DNA of 32,000 nt, taken from the NCBI RefSeq assembly GCF_900167395.1, contig NZ_FUWK01000006.1, positions 1-32,000 on the forward strand, written 5' to 3'. The DNA comes from Nitrosomonas europaea. Its GTDB lineage: Bacteria; Pseudomonadota; Gammaproteobacteria; Burkholderiales; Nitrosomonadaceae. Shown one piece after another: positions 28,191 through 32,000 of the stretch (positions are counted from its first letter, which is position 1; the number at the start of each line of letters is the position of its first letter). A program made the position numbers and the translations under genes. The notes under the pieces were generated by a model. It did no database searches, was not told the origin of the DNA, and was given only the letters and a program-made list of their open reading frames with translations.

Positions 28191-29357
28191 ATGATGAGTC
28201 CATCCACTTCCGCTCCGCACAATCAGCCCATTCAGCCCGAACTGGATGTGCTGCTGGTTTCAACCGTGCTGCTTTTACTAGGGCTGGGGCTGGTCATGGT
28301 GTACTCCGCCTCGATTGCAATCGCCGAAGCGAAATTTGGTGAAGGAAGCAGTTACTATTTTCTTGCCCGGCAGGCTTCATACATACTGGCGGGAATAGCT
28401 GTCGGAATCGGTTGCTTCCGGATACCGCTGCGCTGGTGGCAGGCTTATTCTCACTATCTGCTGGGATTGGGCATCCTGCTACTGCTTGTGGTCCTGATTC
28501 CGGGAATCAGCCATGAGATCAATGGCAGCCGTCGCTGGATCCCTCTGGGAATCACCAGCTTCCAGCCTTCCGAACTGATGAAGCTGATCATTCTGATTTT
28601 TACAGCAGATTATGTCGTACGCAAAGCGGCTTTCAAGGATCATTTTTTCAAGGGTTTCCTGCCTATCCTCGCATTGCTGACCATCGTCTCCCTGTTATTA
28701 CTGATGGAACCGGATCTGGGCGCCACAGTCGTTATCGCGGCCATCGTCCTGTCCATCATGTTCATGAACGGAATGAGCCTGAAAATGTTTTTCGGATTGA
28801 TATGCCTGGTACCGGTACTGCTGGCGCTGCTGATCATCATCGAGCCTTACCGCATGGATCGTATCAATGCTATTTTTGATCCGTGGAACGATCCCTTCGA
28901 TAAGGGTTATCAGCTCACGCATGCATTGATCGCGTTCGGACTTGGTGAATGGTGGGGAGTCGGTCTGGGAAGCAGTGTGGAAAAATTGAATTATCTGCCT
29001 GAAGCACATACCGATTTCATGTTTGCCGTACTGGCCGAAGAACTTGGTTTTGCAGGGGTCGTCACCGTGATTTCACTGTTTTTCTTTTTGCTGGTGCGTA
29101 TTTTCAAAGTCGGCCGCACAGCAGCCAGACTGGGAGATCAATTCGGTTCACTGGTTGCACAGGGTATCGGTGTCTGGCTGGGTTTACAGGCTTTCATCAA
29201 CATGGGCGTCAATATGGGATTACTCCCCACCAAGGGGCTGACATTGCCCTTCATGAGCTATGGCGGCAGCAGTATCGTCATCAACAGTATCGCCATCGCC
29301 ATACTGCTGCGAATCGACTGGGAAAACAGACTGAAACGCAGAGGATTGAACGCATGA
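28191..29357 (+). CDS. ftsW: Peptidoglycan glycosyltransferase / cell division protein FtsW (SEDS family)
   Basis: The 388-aa polytopic membrane protein has FQPSELMK, EPDLGATVV, PEAHTDFMFAVLAEELGF and LPTKGLTLPFMSYGGSS. Confidence 0.94.
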   Translation: MMSPSTSAPHNQPIQPELDVLLVSTVLLLLGLGLVMVYSASIAIAEAKFGEGSSYYFLARQASYILAGIAVGIGCFRIPLRWWQAYSHYLLGLGILLLLVVLIPGISHEINGSRRWIPLGITSFQPSELMKLIILIFTADYVVRKAAFKDHFFKGFLPILALLTIVSLLLLMEPDLGATVVIAAIVLSIMFMNGMSLKMFFGLICLVPVLLALLIIIEPYRMDRINAIFDPWNDPFDKGYQLTHALIAFGLGEWWGVGLGSSVEKLNYLPEAHTDFMFAVLAEELGFAGVVTVISLFFFLLVRIFKVGRTAARLGDQFGSLVAQGIGVWLGLQAFINMGVNMGLLPTKGLTLPFMSYGGSSIVINSIAIAILLRIDWENRLKRRGLNA

Positions 29358-29406
29358 GAGAAGACAGCTCTGATCAGCAATATGCACCGCACATGGAGTT
29401 CATACC

Positions 29407-30495
29407 TTGTCTCGCACGATCATGATCATGGCAGGCGGGACCGGAGGGCATGTATTTCCAGGGCTGGCAGTTGCCCGTTCCATGCAGGCGAACGGCTGGC
29501 GAATCGTCTGGCTGGGTACCCGTAACGGTATGGAAGCCGCACTGGTGCCACAGCACGGTTTCTCCATCGAATTGATCAATTTTTCCGGGTTGCGCGGCAA
29601 AAAGCTGAGCAGCTATCTGTTACTGCCATGGAGGCTGGCACAAGCCTGCTGGCAAAGTTTCCGGATATTGCGCCGTCAGCAACCGCAGGTGGTATTAGGG
29701 ATGGGGGGCTACCCGGCATTGCCCGGAGGAATCATGGCCGTTTTACTTGGAAAACCTCTGCTGATTCACGAGCAAAACAGAATCGCCGGCCTGACCAACA
29801 AGATACTGGCAAAAATTGCCGATCGTATCTTGTTGGCATTCCCGGGTGCCCTCACAAGCCCGGAAAATAAAACCCGGGTTACCGGCAACCCGGTACGCAC
29901 AGAAATCGCCCGGCTCCCGTCACCGGAAGCACGCTATGCACACCGGACGGGCAATTTGCACATCCTGGTGGTTGGTGGCAGCCTCGGCGCACAAGTTCTG
30001 AACACCGTGCTGCCACAGGCTTTGAGTATGATTCCTGAAGATCAGCGACCATACGTGACTCACCAGTCCGGGAAAGCTCACCTCGACGCTCTGCAGCAGG
30101 CTTACGCCGACCATGGCGTCACAGGAAATCTGGTGGCATTCATCGAGAATATGGCTGCACATTATCAGGATTGCGATCTGGTGATCTGCCGTGCCGGTGC
30201 CCTGACCATTTCTGAACTGGCAGCCGCAGGTGTTGCCAGTATTCTGATACCGTATCCTTACGCGGTAGATGATCACCAGACAGCCAATGCCCGGTTTTTG
30301 AGCGACTACCAGGCGGCTGTTTTATGGCCGCAATCAGAGTTGACAGCCGCTTCACTTGCACAATGGCTGATGACCTGTTCACGCGCACAATTACAGTCCA
30401 TGGCAACCCATGCACGTGCACTGGCCATGCCTGAGGCTGCACAAACGGTGGCTGAAGCCTGTCAGCAATTATCGGGACAAACCAATGAAGCATAA
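29407..30495 (+). CDS. murG: UDP-N-acetylglucosamine--N-acetylmuramyl-(pentapeptide) pyrophosphoryl-undecaprenol GlcNAc transferase
   Basis: The 362-aa product starts at a TTG with GGAG 8 nt upstream. Alternative ATGs at 29422 and 29428 lack a Shine-Dalgarno sequence. It has [42 protein letters not shown] and DDHQTANA. Confidence 0.92.
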   Translation: MSRTIMIMAGGTGGHVFPGLAVARSMQANGWRIVWLGTRNGMEAALVPQHGFSIELINFSGLRGKKLSSYLLLPWRLAQACWQSFRILRRQQPQVVLGMGGYPALPGGIMAVLLGKPLLIHEQNRIAGLTNKILAKIADRILLAFPGALTSPENKTRVTGNPVRTEIARLPSPEARYAHRTGNLHILVVGGSLGAQVLNTVLPQALSMIPEDQRPYVTHQSGKAHLDALQQAYADHGVTGNLVAFIENMAAHYQDCDLVICRAGALTISELAAAGVASILIPYPYAVDDHQTANARFLSDYQAAVLWPQSELTAASLAQWLMTCSRAQLQSMATHARALAMPEAAQTVAEACQQLSGQTNEA

Positions 30496-31906
30496 AATCA
30501 GACATATCCATTTCGTAGGAATCGGCGGCTCCGGTATGGGCGGCATCGCCGAAGTACTGATCAACCTGGGTTTCCAGATCAGCGGTTCAGATATGCACAG
30601 CAATTCCACCACCAGGCGCCTGCAGTGCCTGGGTGCTGTCATTCATCACACCCATGCAGCCGAAAATATTCAATCTGCTGATGCCGTCGTTATCTCGACC
30701 GCTATCCATTCTGATAACCCGGAGGTGATTGCAGCACGCGAACGGCGTATCCCTGTAGTACCTCGCGCCATGATGCTGGCAGAGCTGTTGCGCCTGCGCC
30801 GCGGTATTGCCATCGCCGGCACTCATGGCAAAACCACCACCACGAGTCTGGTTGCCAGTATCCTGGCGGAAGCAGGCCAGGATCCGACATTTGTCATTGG
30901 TGGCAAGCTCAAGACGGTCGACAGTCATGCCAGATTGGGCAAGGGTGAATTCATCGTGGTCGAGGCGGATGAATCCGATGCTTCATTCCTCTACCTGCAG
31001 CCGGTTCTGACGGTGGTAACCAATATCGATGCCGATCACATGAGCACCTACGAGCATGATTTCAACCGGCTCAAACAGACCTTTGTCGAATTTATCGAAC
31101 ACCTGCCCTTTTACGGTATGGCAGTACTGTGCGTGGACGATCCCCACGTGCGTGAAATCATTTCCATGATTACCCGGCCAGTAACCACGTATGGCATCGC
31201 ATCGGAAGATGCGCAGATATGCGCCACCAACATCCGGCACGATCGCTGCAGAATGCATTTTCTCGCCCATATTGGAGTCAATGGCTCACCGCGAACATTG
31301 GAAGTCACACTCAACCTCCCGGGTAAACATAATGTTCTGAATGCACTGGCTGCCATCGCTGTCGGTAACGAACTGGGCGTACCGGATGAAGCAATCGTAA
31401 AAGCATTGGCCACCTTTGGCGGAGTAGACAGGCGGTTTCAGCAATATGGCGAGATCCCCTTGCCGGATCAAGGATCTTTCGCCCTGATCGACGATTACGG
31501 ACATCATCCTGCAGAAATTGCCGCCACGATGGCAGCTGCCCGCAATGCTTTTCCCGGCCGACGTCTGGTTCTGGCATTTCAGCCACACCGCTACAGCCGC
31601 ACCCGGGATTTATTCGAGGATTTCGTCCGGGTGTTATCCGGTGCTGATGTATTGCTGCTGACCGAAGTTTATCCTGCCGGTGAAGAGCCTATCATTGCGG
31701 CTGACAGCAAATCTCTGGCACGAGCAATCAGAGTGCAGGGAAAGATCGAGCCTATTTATATCGAGCAGATCGATGAATTGAAAGCAACCATTCATACCAT
31801 TGCACAAGATGGAGATGTAATACTCATCATGGGAGCCGGATCCATCGGAAAATCCGCTCCTGATCTGGCAGAACCGGCGATGAAACTGACATTGATAACA
31901 GGCTGA
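30485..31906 (+). CDS. murC: UDP-N-acetylmuramate--L-alanine ligase
   Basis: The ORF runs 30410..31906. I trimmed the start to the ATG at 30485 ([25 protein letters not shown]), giving an 11-nt overlap with murG. It has the P-loop [21 protein letters not shown] and FQPHRYSRT. Confidence 0.95.
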   Translation: MKHKIRHIHFVGIGGSGMGGIAEVLINLGFQISGSDMHSNSTTRRLQCLGAVIHHTHAAENIQSADAVVISTAIHSDNPEVIAARERRIPVVPRAMMLAELLRLRRGIAIAGTHGKTTTTSLVASILAEAGQDPTFVIGGKLKTVDSHARLGKGEFIVVEADESDASFLYLQPVLTVVTNIDADHMSTYEHDFNRLKQTFVEFIEHLPFYGMAVLCVDDPHVREIISMITRPVTTYGIASEDAQICATNIRHDRCRMHFLAHIGVNGSPRTLEVTLNLPGKHNVLNALAAIAVGNELGVPDEAIVKALATFGGVDRRFQQYGEIPLPDQGSFALIDDYGHHPAEIAATMAAARNAFPGRRLVLAFQPHRYSRTRDLFEDFVRVLSGADVLLLTEVYPAGEEPIIAADSKSLARAIRVQGKIEPIYIEQIDELKATIHTIAQDGDVILIMGAGSIGKSAPDLAEPAMKLTLITG

Positions 31907-31916
31907 TCAGGAAAGC

Positions 31917-32000
31917 ATGCAGACAGAAATTCAACTGCCAATCATGGATACCCCAGATCTGCAATCCCGCACATCCGGTATCGACACACGCCTGCTGCGG
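31917..32000 (+). CDS. 5' end of the next dcw-cluster CDS (ddl expected from synteny; not verifiable from 28 codons)
   Basis: An ATG at 31917 is preceded by AGGAAA 2 nt upstream. The frame stays open to the window end (MQTEIQLPIMDTPDLQSRTSGIDTRLLR). No diagnostic Ddl motif lies within the window. Confidence 0.4.
   Translation, partial: MQTEIQLPIMDTPDLQSRTSGIDTRLLR

Overview
This is a chromosomal segment with intermediate GC content. Gene content and order point to a betaproteobacterium. The FecI/FecR/TonB-transducer module and dcw layout suggest a Nitrosomonas-like organism, but that is inference only. The window has three parts. (i) 1-7.4 kb is a housekeeping block: a partial secreted protein, mnmA, pilU-pilT, yggS, a YfhL-type ferredoxin, coaD, rsmD and a non-catalytic M16 peptidase homologue. 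(ii) 7.5-19 kb is an accessory-looking stretch. It holds a PhnB/VOC protein, a small conserved DUF protein, an AT-rich secreted protein that looks like a degenerate archaemetzincin, and a Kis/Kid-type mazEF toxin-antitoxin pair. Next comes a 286-bp unit closed by a 19-nt perfect inverted repeat. After that is a five-gene co-directional block: ECF sigma, FecR anti-sigma, an STN-domain TonB-dependent transducer, a duplicated NitT/TauT-type permease, and an ATPase with an extra C-terminal domain. No binding protein is present. The stretch ends with an AlkA/Mag-type glycosylase. (iii) 19.1-32 kb is a canonical dcw cluster: mraZ-rsmH-ftsL-ftsI-murE-murF-mraY-murD-ftsW-murG-murC plus the 5' end of the next gene. 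Phased MraZ boxes lie upstream, and most junctions are ATGA-type overlaps. I found no rRNA, tRNA, CRISPR array or intact transposase. The most unusual items are the binding-protein-less ABC system attached to a cell-surface-signalling module and the inverted-repeat unit that supplies the stop codon of its ATPase gene. I see no clear evidence of a wholly new multi-gene system. All family assignments come from motif recognition by eye and need database confirmation.
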